A stretch of 64,000 nucleotides of DNA, taken from contig OZ251239.1 in assembly GCA_965240325.2 (NCBI GenBank), positions 1,054,001 to 1,118,000 on the forward strand. Direction: 5' to 3'. The stretch is from Rebecca billardiae RCC1528. Its lineage: Eukaryota; Protista; Haptophyta. Made by a program: the position numbers and the translations under genes. The notes under the pieces are model-generated. The model did not search any database and had not been told where the DNA came from. It saw nothing but the letters and a program-made list of their open reading frames with translations. Below, one piece after another: positions 44,588 through 55,758 of this stretch. Every line of letters begins with the position of its first letter. Positions within the stretch are counted from its first letter, which is position 1.

Positions 44588-45125
44588 GTCCGGTTGGCCA
44601 CACCCTCGTGACTCTGCGGCTGCGCGCAGAAGCAGCGCCACCGGCGTGCTGCTGCCTGCCGGCATGCTGGTGGCGCCCGCGCCCGCGCCGCCGCCGCCAT
44701 TTTGTGACCGTCCCACAGTGCGCCCCGCTGCATGCGCCTTGTGGCGCGCGTCCGGTTGGCCACAGCCTCGTGACTCTGCGGCTCTGCGGCTGCGCGCACA
44801 AGCAGCGCCACCGGCGTGCTGCCGCTGCCGGCATGCTGATGGCGCCCGCGCCCGCGCCGCCGCCGCCATTTTGTGACCTTCCCGCGCCGTGCGCCCCGCT
44901 GCATGCGCCGTCTGGGGCGCGTCCGGCTGACCGCAGCCTCGTGACTCTGCGGCTGCGCGCGCAAGCATCGCCACTGGCGTGCTGCCGCTGCTCGCATGCT
45001 GATGGCGCCCGCGCCCGCGCCGCCGCCGCCATTTTGTGACCTTCCCGCGCGGTGCGCCCCGCTGCATGCGCCGTCTGGGGCGCGTCCAGTTAGCCACAGC
45101 CTCGTGACTCTGCGTCTCTGCGGCT
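44588..45125. repeat. Tandem repeat of 162-171 bp, about 3.2 copies
   Basis: Unit starts at 44588, 44750, 44921 and 45084; each full unit has CTCGTGACTCTGCG and GCCGCCATTTTGTGACC. Confidence 0.9.
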
Positions 45126-46321
45126 GCACGCGCATCTACCGCGGCGGGCTGCGCCTGCTGTTCACGGCCAAGGCGGACGGCGAACCCCGTACATCCCCGC
45201 CGCGGTCGTTGCCACCGCCGGCGACGGCGTCGTGCGCTGCGAGTGGCTTGCGCGCCTGCCCGCGTGGCACGCCCTCCGCACCCGCACTGTGCCCGCGGCT
45301 TGGCCCACACGCGTGCACAACGAGGCGGTCGAATGGGCAGCGCGTGCGTAGACGGCACCTGCGCCGTCGGGTCAGCGCCGCCCGTGCGCCGGGCGTGCGC
45401 ACCTTCCCGCCTCGCCAGCTGGCGCGCGAACCGCCCTCGCCGCGTGGCTAAACGAGCAGCTCGGCTCGCGCGGCGCGGGCGAGCCGATCAGTGCGCGCCC
45501 GGCGGCGCCGGGCGCTGGCCGCCGATTACGCGCGTGTACGCGGGGCGCTCGCCGGGTCTACTCGCGACGTGCTCGACGGCGAGTCGATGGTGTGACTACA
45601 AGCGCAGTGAGCACTGGCGGCGGATTGTCTTCTACTTCGCCAAGCTAGACGGCATCGACCTCTGCTGCGTGGACGACGCGTGTGTCCACGCGCACGGCCG
45701 CGCAGGCGCAGCTGCCGTGCGCCTTCGTGGCTTCCTTTTGACGGTGCCGACGGGCTCGCCCCCTCACCACGCGTGGCCTGCGCGGCCGTGCAGCGCGGGC
45801 ACGGTGGCTCGCGCGGCAAGGCGCCGGTTGCGCGCTCGCAGCAGTTTGCAGCCCTCCGGCGCGCGGCGTTTGCTGCAGCGCCGTGACCACGCGGCTGTGG
45901 GCCGCGCCACTGGTGCTGCTGGCCGCCGCGGCCATGCCGCCGCCGCCATGATACGACCTTTTCGCGCTGTGCGCCCCGCTACACACAGCGTGCGTGGACG
46001 ACCGCGCTGCGCCTCGCGCCAAATGGCGCCCAGCAATACGGATGCGCACTGCACACTGCGTGCAGCGGGTTGAACGGCCCTGGCTGTGGCGTGCAACGTG
46101 CGCCGTAGAGGCGTGACTCGCCAGCCCGCGGCGGGCGTAGCGCGCGCACGCACGGGCGAGCAGCACTACTGCGTGTTGCTCAGCCGCGCCCGCGCCGCGC
46201 CATCGGTAGGTGGTGGCGCCCTCGACCGGTATCGAATCGCCCTCCCTCACCTACCTCCCTCGCCCGGGCGGGTCGATCGCGGGCGCCGGCATCGCGATCA
46301 AATCGCGTCCGGCCGCGTCGT

Positions 46322-47312
46322 CCCGCCCGGACCTACTTTACACTTTACAACTTTACAGGCCCTCTCGCGCCCGCGGCCCGGCGGCGGCGCGGCGGCCGGC
46401 GGGCCAGCATGCGTCCGGTCGGACTGGCCGGACATGTCCGGCTGGGCTCCCGGACCTACTTTACACTTTACAACTTTACACGCCGGGCTGGGTGCTGGCC
46501 TGGCTCGTGCTCGATGCCCCGTCCGGACGTGCGCTCCCGGACCTACTTTACACTTTATACAACTTTACAGGCCCTCTCGCGCCCGCGGCCGGCCGGCCGG
46601 CGGCGCGGCGGCCAGCATGCGTCCGGTCGGACTGGCCGGACATGTCCGGCTGGGCTCCCGGACCTACTTTACACTTTACAACTTTACACGCCGGGCTGGG
46701 TGCTGGCCTGGCTCGTGCTCGATGCCCCGTCCGGACGTGCGCTCCCGGACTTACTTTACACTTTACAACTTTACAGGCCCTCTCGCGCCCGCGGCCGGCG
46801 GCGCGGCGGCCAGCACGCGTCCGGTCGGACTGGCCGGACATGTCCGGCTGGGCTCCCGGACCTACTTTACACTTTACAACTTTACACGCCGGGCTGGGTG
46901 CTGGCCTGGCTCGTGCTCGATGCCCCGTCCGGATCTGCGCTCCCGGACCTACTTTACACTTTACAACTTTACAGGCCCTCTCGCCCCCGCGGCCGGCGGC
47001 GCGGCGGCCAGCATGCGTCCGGTCGGACTGGCCGGACATGTCCGGCTGGGCTCCCGGACCTACTTTACACTTTACAACTTTACACGCCGCGGGCTGGGTG
47101 CTGGCCTGGCTCATGGTCGATGCCCCGTCCGGACGTGCGCTCCCGGACTTACTTTACACTTTACAACTTTACAGGCCCTCTCGCGCCCGCGGCCGGCGGC
47201 GCGGCGGCCAGCATGCGTCCGGTCGGACTGGCCGGACATGTCCGGCTGGGCTCCCGGACCTACTTTACACTTTACAACTTTACACGCCGGGCTGGGTGCT
47301 GGCCTGGCTCAT
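46322..47312 (+). repeat. Right subterminal array: five units of about 200 bp, each with two AT-rich ACTTTACA-triplet boxes
   Basis: AC(C/T)TACTTTACACTTTACAACTTTACA at 46331, 46454, 46541, 46662, 46749, 46860, 46947, 47058, 47147 and 47258, with two alternating linkers. Confidence 0.95.
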
Positions 47313-48190
47313 GGTCGCGCCAGCCAGATCAGTCGCGCGCGCGCGGCGGCACTGCGCGCGCGCGGGGCGCGCGTGCCTTTCCTAGAAACTTCCGCAGAGC
47401 CGCGAGAAGGTTACACTTTACATAGTGACAGGGCTGGACCAGGCTTACTAGTTACACATAGGAGACCACGACGTTACATATAGGAGGCATAGGCTACATT
47501 TCTACTATACGGCTTTTCTGGGGGGTGTAACCTTCTCGTGACAGGACCACCACCGCTACTGTCAGTATAGCTACAGGTTTATTCAATAATTGCTCGGACT
47601 ACCGACGATCAGGTCGGAGATCCGCGGGTCCGCAAGACTTGGAGCCTGCTGCTGCCCGAGGTCGGGCAACGTTCTGTGAGAGTGCTAGGCTAAGAGTGGC
47701 ACCTGACGCCAGTCCGCGATTATCAACGGAGTCCGTGACGGTGCCGTGCCGATTCTAGTCACCGCCGTCACTAGTCAGACGGTCAATCCCGGATTCCGGG
47801 CGCCCGCGCACCCGCATCAGCCTTGCTCTGTCGTCGTCGCTCGTGCCGACCGACTGATGCGACGTGCCCAGTGTGCAAATTTTATGATGGTGCGCACGTG
47901 GAGTCGCACCGAAACGCATGCGCACTCGCGGGTGACACTGCCCGCCCAGGACCAGATCCAGGCCCGATTGCGGTGCGCGCGCACGGTCGGCCAGCTGTAC
48001 ATCTGTGGCGCCAGGCAGGCCGCCCGTGACAGGTATCCACGACGAGGTTACCGGCCGCAGTGCCTGGCGCCGTGCGCGCAGCTGCCGTCAATCATGGCAG
48101 TAGCTCCATCGCTGGGGTTGTCGGTCTTATTCAGGTGCATCTAATCTCCCGTAACGGTCGAGCACCCCTCGCTAGGCGAGGGGTGCGGCG

Positions 48191-48770
48191 GAAACGACAG
48201 TGGAAACCCGGGGACTTTGTCCCCGCGCCCCTATCGCGGGCTCTGGCGCGCGAACGCTTTGTCACTACTGGCTCCCCGAGGTGGAGAGCGGCGCTCCGTG
48301 CACCAACAAAGACATCCCCAGCCGCATGTTGCCACTCGACACCTCGTCTCGCCTCGCGCGGAGCCAACTTGTCGTGTGCGGGAGCCACCCGTAGCACACT
48401 GGGCCGTGTAGCGACGCGCGTGGCGGGTCAACAGTGCATCGCGAAGGCGTCGCACGCGCAATCCGTTGAGTACATACTCATGTCTGTCCCATGGCACGTC
48501 GTGCGCCGCCGTGTGCGCCGAGGCACTCCCGACTCGCGACGCGCCGCGTGCAGCACACAGCCTGTGCTTCGGGTAGCTCCCGCACACCACAAGTTGGCTC
48601 CGCGCGAGGCGAGACGAGGTGTCGAGTGGCAACATGCGGCTGGGGATGTCTTTGTTGGTGCACGGAGCGCCGCTCTCCACCTCGGGGATCCAGTAGTGAC
48701 AAAGCGTTCGCGCGCCAGAGCCCGCGATAGGGGCGCGGGGACAAAGTCCCCGGGTTTCCACTGTTGTTTC
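48191..48770. mobile_element. Foldback element / long inverted repeat (208-bp arms, 164-bp loop)
   Basis: 48191-48398 is the reverse complement of 48563-48770 with about 5 mismatches; no TSD recognised. Confidence 0.8.
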
Positions 48771-48914
48771 TGTTGGCGGTGTCGCAGAGCGACCCGCCGG
48801 CCGTTACAGGGCCATTAGAAGGCGGTGGGTCTTATTGGTTGAGCGCGCGCGGAAATGTCCGGCCGCCCGGGTCCCGGGTGCCGAGAGACACACTGCGCGA
48901 AAAGACGACGAGCG

Positions 48915-50317
48915 ATGGCGACCAGCCCGGCTGATGAGGCGGCCGTCCTCGCCGAGCACGTGCTCAAGTTGAGCGTTCCCACCGCGCTCTCGGCACTCGC
49001 GCTCCTCGCGATCGTCTCACTGTGCGTGGTGTATACCATCCTCTCGCTCCGGCGCGAGAAGGCCAAGGCCGAGCAGGCCGCGCAGCGCGCCAACCAGGCG
49101 CTGCATGAGGCGCGCGCGCGCATCAGCCAGCTCGGCCTCGACCTGATGGCGGTCCGCAACTCGCTGATGCACTCGCCCGAGAGCGTGGAGAACGGACGCC
49201 GCTTCAAGGCGCGCTGGAGCGACGTCTTCGTCACCACCTACCCCAAGTGCGGCACGACCTGGATGCAGCAGATCGTGCAGGCGTTGCGCTCGGGCGGCTC
49301 GCTCGAGTTCGGCGAGATCTGCGAGGTGATGCCGTGGGACATCGTCGCGCAGGACTGCGCGCAGTCGCTCGACGCGGAGCAGCCGTGGTTCCCCCGCGCG
49401 TTCAAGTCGCACGAGTCCGCCGAGACCATCGCGCCCGGCGGCCGTTACATCTACGTGCTCCGTGACCCGTGTGACGCGCTCGTCTCGTTCTGGCGGTTTC
49501 TCCCCGGGTACATGGGGCTGCGGCCGTCGGACATCAAGCTGGAGGACTTCACCGACGCGGTGCGCGGCGGTTTTGCGCCGCGCGTGCACGGCGCGCGCGG
49601 GCCGACCCGCCCGTGCGCGGGAGAGCCAGAGGGCCTCGCGACCAGCTGAGCGAGGCCGCGCGTCCACCGCGCCTGCCCCGCGCGACGCGCGTGCGCACGT
49701 GTGCATGCGCGTGCGGCCGGCCGGCTTCGCGCCTGCTGCGCGGCGCCATGCAGATCTTCGCCGGCGTGAGCAAGTCGGGCACCATCTGGAACCACCTGCT
49801 CGGCTGGTGGCACCGCCGCCACGAGCCGGACGTCCTCTTCGTCTTCTACGAGGACCTCCTGGAGGACCTGCACGGCCAGGTGCGGCGCGTGGCTGACTTC
49901 TTGTGTGTCGGGAAGAGCGGCGGCGGCGGCAGCCCGGCGGGCCCGGGCTTGCGAGGCGGCGGCGGCAGCCCGAGCACGGGGGTCCTCGGCGTCGAGCGCG
50001 AGACGCTGGTGCGCATCGCGACGAAGCAGTCGCTGCACGCGTTCATGTCCGCGCCCGAGCACGCGCACCACTTTGACGACCACTTCGTGCGCGGGAGGCT
50101 CGCCGTGCGCATGCGCCTGCCAGCAGACAGCGAGCTCGACGCCCGCGCGAGCAAGGTGCGCCAAGGTGGTGGGCGCTCGGGCTACGGGCTCCCGCCGGCG
50201 ATTCAAGCCAAGCTCGACGCCGAGTGGGTGCGCATCGTAGAGGCGGCCACTGGCATCCGATGCTACGCCGAGATGCGCGAGATCGCGCACAGGGAGGCGG
50301 CGATGATGAACAGATGA
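48915..50317 (+). CDS. Sulfotransferase (Sulfotransfer_1) with N-terminal TM; intron 49560-49753
   Basis: 5'-PSB DVFVTTYPKCGTTW, RAFKSH, 3'-PB YVLRDPCDALVSFW, WNHLLGWW, FYEDL, KVRQG. Confidence 0.92.
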
Positions 50318-51012
50318 TGGCCGCCAGTGCCAGTGTCAGAGTGGTAGTGACAGACCTGTGACCTGTCTGGTCACTGGTGGGCGGCGGCGGACGGCGCGGC
50401 GGGACTCGTCAGGGCGGAGTTGATAATTAAATGGCGCGCGTGACGATGATGATGATGAGTGACAGACAGTATCGGACTCACCCGAGTCCCGACGCCGTGA
50501 CTACAGTCTACTGACTACTCCGCAGTCCGCTCGGACCGCTGTCCGTCCGCATTCGCAATGCCCGCCGCCGATTGCGCTGGCCTGCGGCTGCGCACCGTGC
50601 GGCCCGTGGCCGTGGGTTAGCCGTGGGACTGTCGGGCACCGTGGGTCAGCTGCCACCCACTCTGGAGTGCACTGCCAGTGCCCGAGCCCGAGTGCAGCAG
50701 ACCCGCCCTGCGGGCGCGGTGCGCGGTCGGACTCGGATGCGGGCGATGCGGCCGGCGCAGAGTACGGCGTTACTTAGTACTTACCGAATCGTGAGTCTCG
50801 TCAGCCGCGTTGTACCAGGCCGCCGGACCCGCCGGAGGACCTACTGCTGCTTTATAGACAGCTTGACGATCTCCCGGGCCGGCCGGCGGCCCCCGGCATG
50901 GCCTGACGCCGGTGACACCGTAACAGGTATCGGACAGACTCACGCCCACGGACACGGAGTCACGGTCTCGGCGTGCTGACATCCGATATGAGTCGGATGC
51001 CAAGCAGTGTCA

Positions 51013-51966
51013 TCAGCCGTGTGTGCGCGGCGCCCACGGCCACGACAGGGCCCCATGAGCACCCGGCACGATGGTGCCCGCGGGCACGACGCGCTTCGGC
51101 GGCGTGCTCTGGCGCCCAGAGATGCGCGCGCGCGCCTGCTCCGCATTCTCCATTCGGCGCACGGCGCGGCCCCAGAGCGAGCGGTCGACTGCGTAGGATT
51201 TGCCGTGCCACTTGGGGTCGCGGCACAGGACGAGGTGCGGCCCGATGAGCAGGCCAGCGAGCGCACCGCCGACCAGGCCGCCGGCGTGGCCGGCGTTGTC
51301 CACGCCCGAGCCGGGGATCAGCCCCGTCGCGAGGTTGAGCGCCATCACCTGCAGCAGCGAGCTGACGGCGGCGGCGGCGCGCTCGCCCAACACGGCCTCG
51401 TTGGAGGCCAGGAAGGCTCCATACGCGCCGACGAGGCCGAAGATGGCGCCGGAGGCGCCGACGCTGCGGGCCGCGATGTTGTACTTGAACGATGCGGCCG
51501 TACCGATGGCGCCCGAGACGAGGTAGGTCGTGAGGAACCGCGCCGTGCCAAACGAGCGCTCGACAGCCGGGCCAATGTTCTGCAGAGAATAGCTGTTCAC
51601 CATCAGGTGGCCGATGCTGCCGTGCAGGAAGACCGGCGTGAGAAGGCGCGGCCAGTCGTACAGCCGAAAGGCGCGCGCGGGCTTGCAGCCCATCGCGGTG
51701 AGCCTCCCCTGCGTGGCGAGCTGCATCACGTACATGAGCGCGTTCGCGCCGATGAGCGCGGACGTGCTGCCAACCTCGCGCTGGAATCGGAACGGGCGCT
51801 CGCCGGGCTGCAGCTGCGCGGGGCGGTTGAACTCCAGCAGCTCGTCGACTTTGCGCCGATCGCGTGCACGCGCGCCGCCCCGCACGTCAGGCCTCGCGCC
51901 CAGCGCAAGCGGGGCGGCGAGCGCAGCCGTCAAGGCGAGGACAGCGAAACGCGCCGACGAAGACAT
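51013..51966 (-). CDS. Rhomboid intramembrane serine protease with signal peptide
   Basis: WPRLLTPVFLHGSIGHLMVN, catalytic GASG, DNAGHAGG; start ATG 51966. Confidence 0.92.
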   Translation of the reverse strand: MSSSARFAVLALTAALAAPLALGARPDVRGGARARDRRKVDELLEFNRPAQLQPGERPFRFQREVGSTSALIGANALMYVMQLATQGRLTAMGCKPARAFRLYDWPRLLTPVFLHGSIGHLMVNSYSLQNIGPAVERSFGTARFLTTYLVSGAIGTAASFKYNIAARSVGASGAIFGLVGAYGAFLASNEAVLGERAAAAVSSLLQVMALNLATGLIPGSGVDNAGHAGGLVGGALAGLLIGPHLVLCRDPKWHGKSYAVDRSLWGRAVRRMENAEQARARISGRQSTPPKRVVPAGTIVPGAHGALSWPWAPRTHG

Positions 51967-52653
51967 CGCGTCGGCCGTCCAAGGGCCTTCGCGGCCGCCC
52001 GTCGTCGGCCTCGCCTGCTGTTTCGTGTGGAGTGGCCGAAACAAAATGCTTGGCGCAACATCGACCTGCTGCTGCCAATAAGTGTCCCCTGCTGCTGCAC
52101 CTGCTTGTGACTCGGTGAGCAATGGACACCTCCCTGGGCTTGCCGCTTGGGCTGGCAGACCTTCCGCTGACTGCGTTCCGCCTTGCGGGAGGCACTGTCC
52201 GTGTCGGATCATGAGCGTCGCACGACTTATTAATGACGACGACGAACAATATCACTATGGCGCTCAAGTTCGCGCGCGCGCTGCCAGTCTCACAGCCAGT
52301 GCCATGATTCATGAATATTCATGAACTCGCCCGTCCTGCATTCATGATACTCACCGGTGCCCTGGGGCACCGGCGCAACCCGCATCCAACACTCCGCATA
52401 TCGCAGACACGACATATCCACCCGCGCTTGCACACGCACGCCCCCCCCCGCCTGCTTGCTGACCATGAAAGGACTGGCCCGGTGCGGACGCCAAGCGCAT
52501 GCTCATCCCGACACGACGGCGAACACCTGCGGTGTGCCTGTGCGGAGGCACTGGGGAGCGACACGCGGAGTGTGGGCCGCCCTCCTTCCTGAGCAGCGCC
52601 CGGCCCTCAGGTGGAGACCGCGCCCGTCCCGGCCTCCTCGCGGCGGCCGCGAG

Positions 52654-52681
52654 CCCCCCCCCCCCCCCCCCCCCCCCCCCC
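52654..52681. repeat. Poly-C tract (28 nt)
   Basis: Uninterrupted C run. Confidence 0.9.
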
Positions 52682-52915
52682 TTTTCCCCATCCTGCCCGT
52701 TTCGCGACAAACCCCTCTCCCCCCGAAACGCACGACGGGCCGCCGTGGTCCGGGGGACCGACCGGCGGGGCCACTCCGGACCTGGGTTTTGAAATTTGAT
52801 TTCAACCCCGCGCGCCGAAATGCCTTTGGCACCAGCACCGACCTCGCTCGCACCGCAGTGCTTCCGCACCCGCCCCCCGGCCCTCCGCAGCCCCGCGCCC
52901 GCCACACCGGCCACC

Positions 52916-54019
52916 ATGCCCCCTTACCAGCACGGCTTTTTCCGCGACCGTCTCAACAGCAGGAGCGCCTTGACCTTCTTCCCCTCTTCCAACAACTTCG
53001 AGCGCGGGCTGCAGGTGGAACGGCCGAGCACCCCCATCGCCAGGCGGGATGCGGGCCAGCAGATGTGCACGACGATGATCAAGCTGAGCGCGCGCTGCCT
53101 GAGCGACGTGGCGCCCAACTCGCAAGGCGGGCGACTGCTCGCAGGACTCACCCAGGACCCCAAAGGCAATAAGCACGTTTTCTCCTTCACCGGCTCGGTG
53201 CTCGAGAACATGACCATCTGCCGCCGCCTGGCCACCAGCCTGTGCATGCCGAACATTCTCACGGCGTGCACCACGGAGCTCACGCAGGAGATGCTCGCGC
53301 TGTCGGCGGCCGACCTCGCAACCCAGGCGAAGGACGTGTCCCTCACGCTCCCGGTTAGCCCCACGATGACGCTCGTGCAGTTTCACAGGGCCCTCTACGA
53401 GCAGATCGTGCCCGACATCAACAAGTACGTGACCAACGGTGAGCACGTCGAGACCAACATCTACTCCGGCGGTGTGAACCTGATCTTCCTCCGCCTGCGT
53501 TTCATGCCCATCGACCCCGAGCACCCCATCTTCTTCGCGCCGCTCAAGCCGAGCCGCCGCATCGCCGGCGCCGCCCGCGTCCCACACAACCTGTGGGGCG
53601 TGCCGCCCGCGCCGCCTGTGCCGCCCGCGCCGCCCGCCGCTGCGCGCCGCCCTGCTCCTCAGCCGGCCGACCAACAGGCGGCGGACCCCGCCGGCCCGGA
53701 GGCGGAGGAGCCCGAGGGGGAGGGTTCGGACGATGCCATCCCGCCACCCCAGCCGCCAACCGCGGCCGCGCCGTCGGACGGGCCCGAGGTGCAACAGGCC
53801 AGGCCGGCGCTCGGGGAGTCCAACTACCGCCTGGTCCTGCCCCCCGGCGCCGCGGCAGCCGGCAAGCGCGCGGCGACCGAGCCGTCCACGCCGGCGGAGG
53901 AGGATGGGCCCTCCTCCGCTGGCGGGAGCGACGCCAAGCCGGCCAAGCAGGCTCGCACCGCGTCCCTCGGCGACCCCCCCCGTGACCTGGCTGCCGCCGT
54001 GCCGCAGTCGCTGGCGTAG
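52916..54019 (+). CDS. Orphan protein: globular N-terminal region of about 220 aa plus Pro/Ala-rich tail
   Basis: GCCACCATG start context, C-ending codon bias, complex non-repetitive N-terminal sequence; no family recognised. Confidence 0.6.
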   Translation: MPPYQHGFFRDRLNSRSALTFFPSSNNFERGLQVERPSTPIARRDAGQQMCTTMIKLSARCLSDVAPNSQGGRLLAGLTQDPKGNKHVFSFTGSVLENMTICRRLATSLCMPNILTACTTELTQEMLALSAADLATQAKDVSLTLPVSPTMTLVQFHRALYEQIVPDINKYVTNGEHVETNIYSGGVNLIFLRLRFMPIDPEHPIFFAPLKPSRRIAGAARVPHNLWGVPPAPPVPPAPPAAARRPAPQPADQQAADPAGPEAEEPEGEGSDDAIPPPQPPTAAAPSDGPEVQQARPALGESNYRLVLPPGAAAAGKRAATEPSTPAEEDGPSSAGGSDAKPAKQARTASLGDPPRDLAAAVPQSLA

Positions 54020-54072
54020 AGCCGCGCGCGGCGCTGGCGCGCCAGACGCGCCCGGTTGGGCAGCGCAGGCAC

Positions 54073-54200
54073 CCTCAGCGGCCAGGACGACGACTTCCTC
54101 AACGGCAAGGGCGACGACTTCCTCTGCGGCCAGGGCGACGACTTCCTCAACGGCAAGGACGACGACTTCCTCAACGGCAAGGGCGACTACTCCCTCAACT
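54073..54200 (+). repeat. 24-bp minisatellite (GACGACTTCCTCAACGGCAAGG(G/A)C), about 5 copies
   Basis: Directly visible period-24 repeat after the orphan ORF stop. Confidence 0.9.
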
Positions 54201-54741
54201 CGGCAAGGCCACTAGGCCGCGCACACCGGCCCGGGCGACCACATCCACTACCTGCACTACGGCATCAACTTGAACAGCCTCGGACGACGACGACGCGGGC
54301 AACTACATGATGACCAAGGCCGACGACGACTGCAAAACAGCGGCATCCCCGGGCGCCTACTACCTCAGTGACCGTGTGATCAGCATCGGTTACGACGACT
54401 CCCTCACCCGCGGCCAACGCGCTCCGACATCCTCCATTAACTCCATTCAGTACTTCGACAGACGAATCAGGAGAGCTGCGCCCTCGTGCCTGTGTCTTTA
54501 AATCATAGAATTACTAGAAGTTGATCAGACTTCAGCAGAGTTCAGCACTTAGTGGCTAGCAAAGCACGTCGGAACTTGGAGCCCTTATTATTATTAGCAG
54601 CAGCAGAGTCGCTCGAGCGACCGGCGTCGGCGACGTGCCGCGCCACCAGCGGCATAATAAATCGTATCATAATCGTCGTGAATAACGACAGTTAACGTCG
54701 GTCGCTGCATGACTCAGACGAACGAAACGATGCCACGACCG

Positions 54742-55668
54742 TCACGACGGTGACGAGGTGTCTTCCTCGGCGATCTTCGTGAGGTTGAGATTGTGCGCAA
54801 AGATCACGACTGGCTGGTCAGGCCGCTCCTGGAAGTATAACGCGTCCTGCTGCATCGAGTCGAGATAGACCGCCGTGAGCACGTTCGCGCGCACGGTTGA
54901 CGCGTCGACTCGCCTGAACGTCGTGTAGTGGCCGTACTCTCCGGACACCTGCCGCACCACGCCCTCGGTGGACGAGCCGCCGAAGGTGACCTGGCGCAGG
55001 TGCTCGGAGCACACGAACGTGTCGCCGTCCGCGCGCTCGCCCTCGCGCGCGTTGAAGAAGAGCTCGATGCGCTCCGCGTTGCGCGCCTTGCCCGGTAGGA
55101 ACACGATCGAGAGACGGTTCGGATTCTGCGCGGGCGTGTAGAGGATGCGGTCGACGACGCGCTTCTCGACGCCGCCGTCGATGGCGGAGCGCAGGTTAAA
55201 GGGCTTGTCCTCGACGATCATGCCGTCCGCCCGGCGCGCGTACCTCGCGCGGTACTCGCATGGGGTCTTGCCCACGTCGGGGAAGGCTGCAATGCTCAGA
55301 ACCTGAAACCCGGGAATGGTGGCCTCCTGCAGAAGCCTCTCGCGCGAGATCTTCTTTGAGGGGAAGAGGTAGCCGCCGAAGGTCGATCGTACAGACCACG
55401 TGCCCTCGAGCCAGTCGGGATGCAGCGTCTCGCCTGGCGGGATGTTCAAGATGGGCTTGGTCAGCAGCTCAGGCTGCCGGCGCGAGAGGCGCTCGCTGAG
55501 CGGCAGGCCGGCCAGGGGCAGCGTAGCGGCGGGCGCGGCGAGCGGGAGCGCGGTGAGCGGAAGAGCAATCGCAGCCCTCCGCGGGAGGTCAGCAAGAACA
55601 ACGCGCGAGGCTGACGTCGTGGGGTGAAGCCCGTGACTGCAGATGATTGCGGCGATGACGGCCGCCAT
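54742..55668 (-). CDS. DUF6816-like plastid protein, probably thylakoid lumen
   Basis: Signal peptide, twin-arginine segment PRRAAIALPLTALPLAAPAA, then PDWLEGTW, DKPFN, NPNRL, FVCSEHLRQV. Confidence 0.7.
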   Translation of the reverse strand: MAAVIAAIICSHGLHPTTSASRVVLADLPRRAAIALPLTALPLAAPAATLPLAGLPLSERLSRRQPELLTKPILNIPPGETLHPDWLEGTWSVRSTFGGYLFPSKKISRERLLQEATIPGFQVLSIAAFPDVGKTPCEYRARYARRADGMIVEDKPFNLRSAIDGGVEKRVVDRILYTPAQNPNRLSIVFLPGKARNAERIELFFNAREGERADGDTFVCSEHLRQVTFGGSSTEGVVRQVSGEYGHYTTFRRVDASTVRANVLTAVYLDSMQQDALYFQERPDQPVVIFAHNLNLTKIAEEDTSSPS

Positions 55669-55758
55669 CGCAGCAGACGTTGATTGGACCCCGACACCAG
55701 AACTTCCCAGAAGCTGCGCACGCGCCGCGCGGCGCGCCACTCGCTTGATACCCGCAAG

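Larger units (their letters stand above)
38297..47538. mobile_element. 9.24-kb non-autonomous TIR DNA transposon (CACTA/CMC-like architecture, atypical termini)
   Basis: Perfect 13-bp TIR CGAGAAGGTTACA / TGTAACCTTCTCG; TGA at 38294-38296 and 47539-47541; subterminal repeats in opposite orientation at the two ends; no transposase seen. Confidence 0.8.

Noticed and set aside
46322-47312. CRISPR array (regularly spaced repeat of about 34 bp)
   Set aside because: The spacers are two alternating repeated linkers rather than unique sequences; no cas genes; eukaryotic context.
46086-47483. Long ORFs in all three plus frames
   Set aside because: Artefact of a stop-poor tandem repeat; the same peptides shift between frames.
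54056-54310. RTX-like Ca-binding protein (GKGDDFLN repeats)
   Set aside because: Period is 8 rather than 9 aa, the start is non-ATG and the ORF is short; better explained as a minisatellite.
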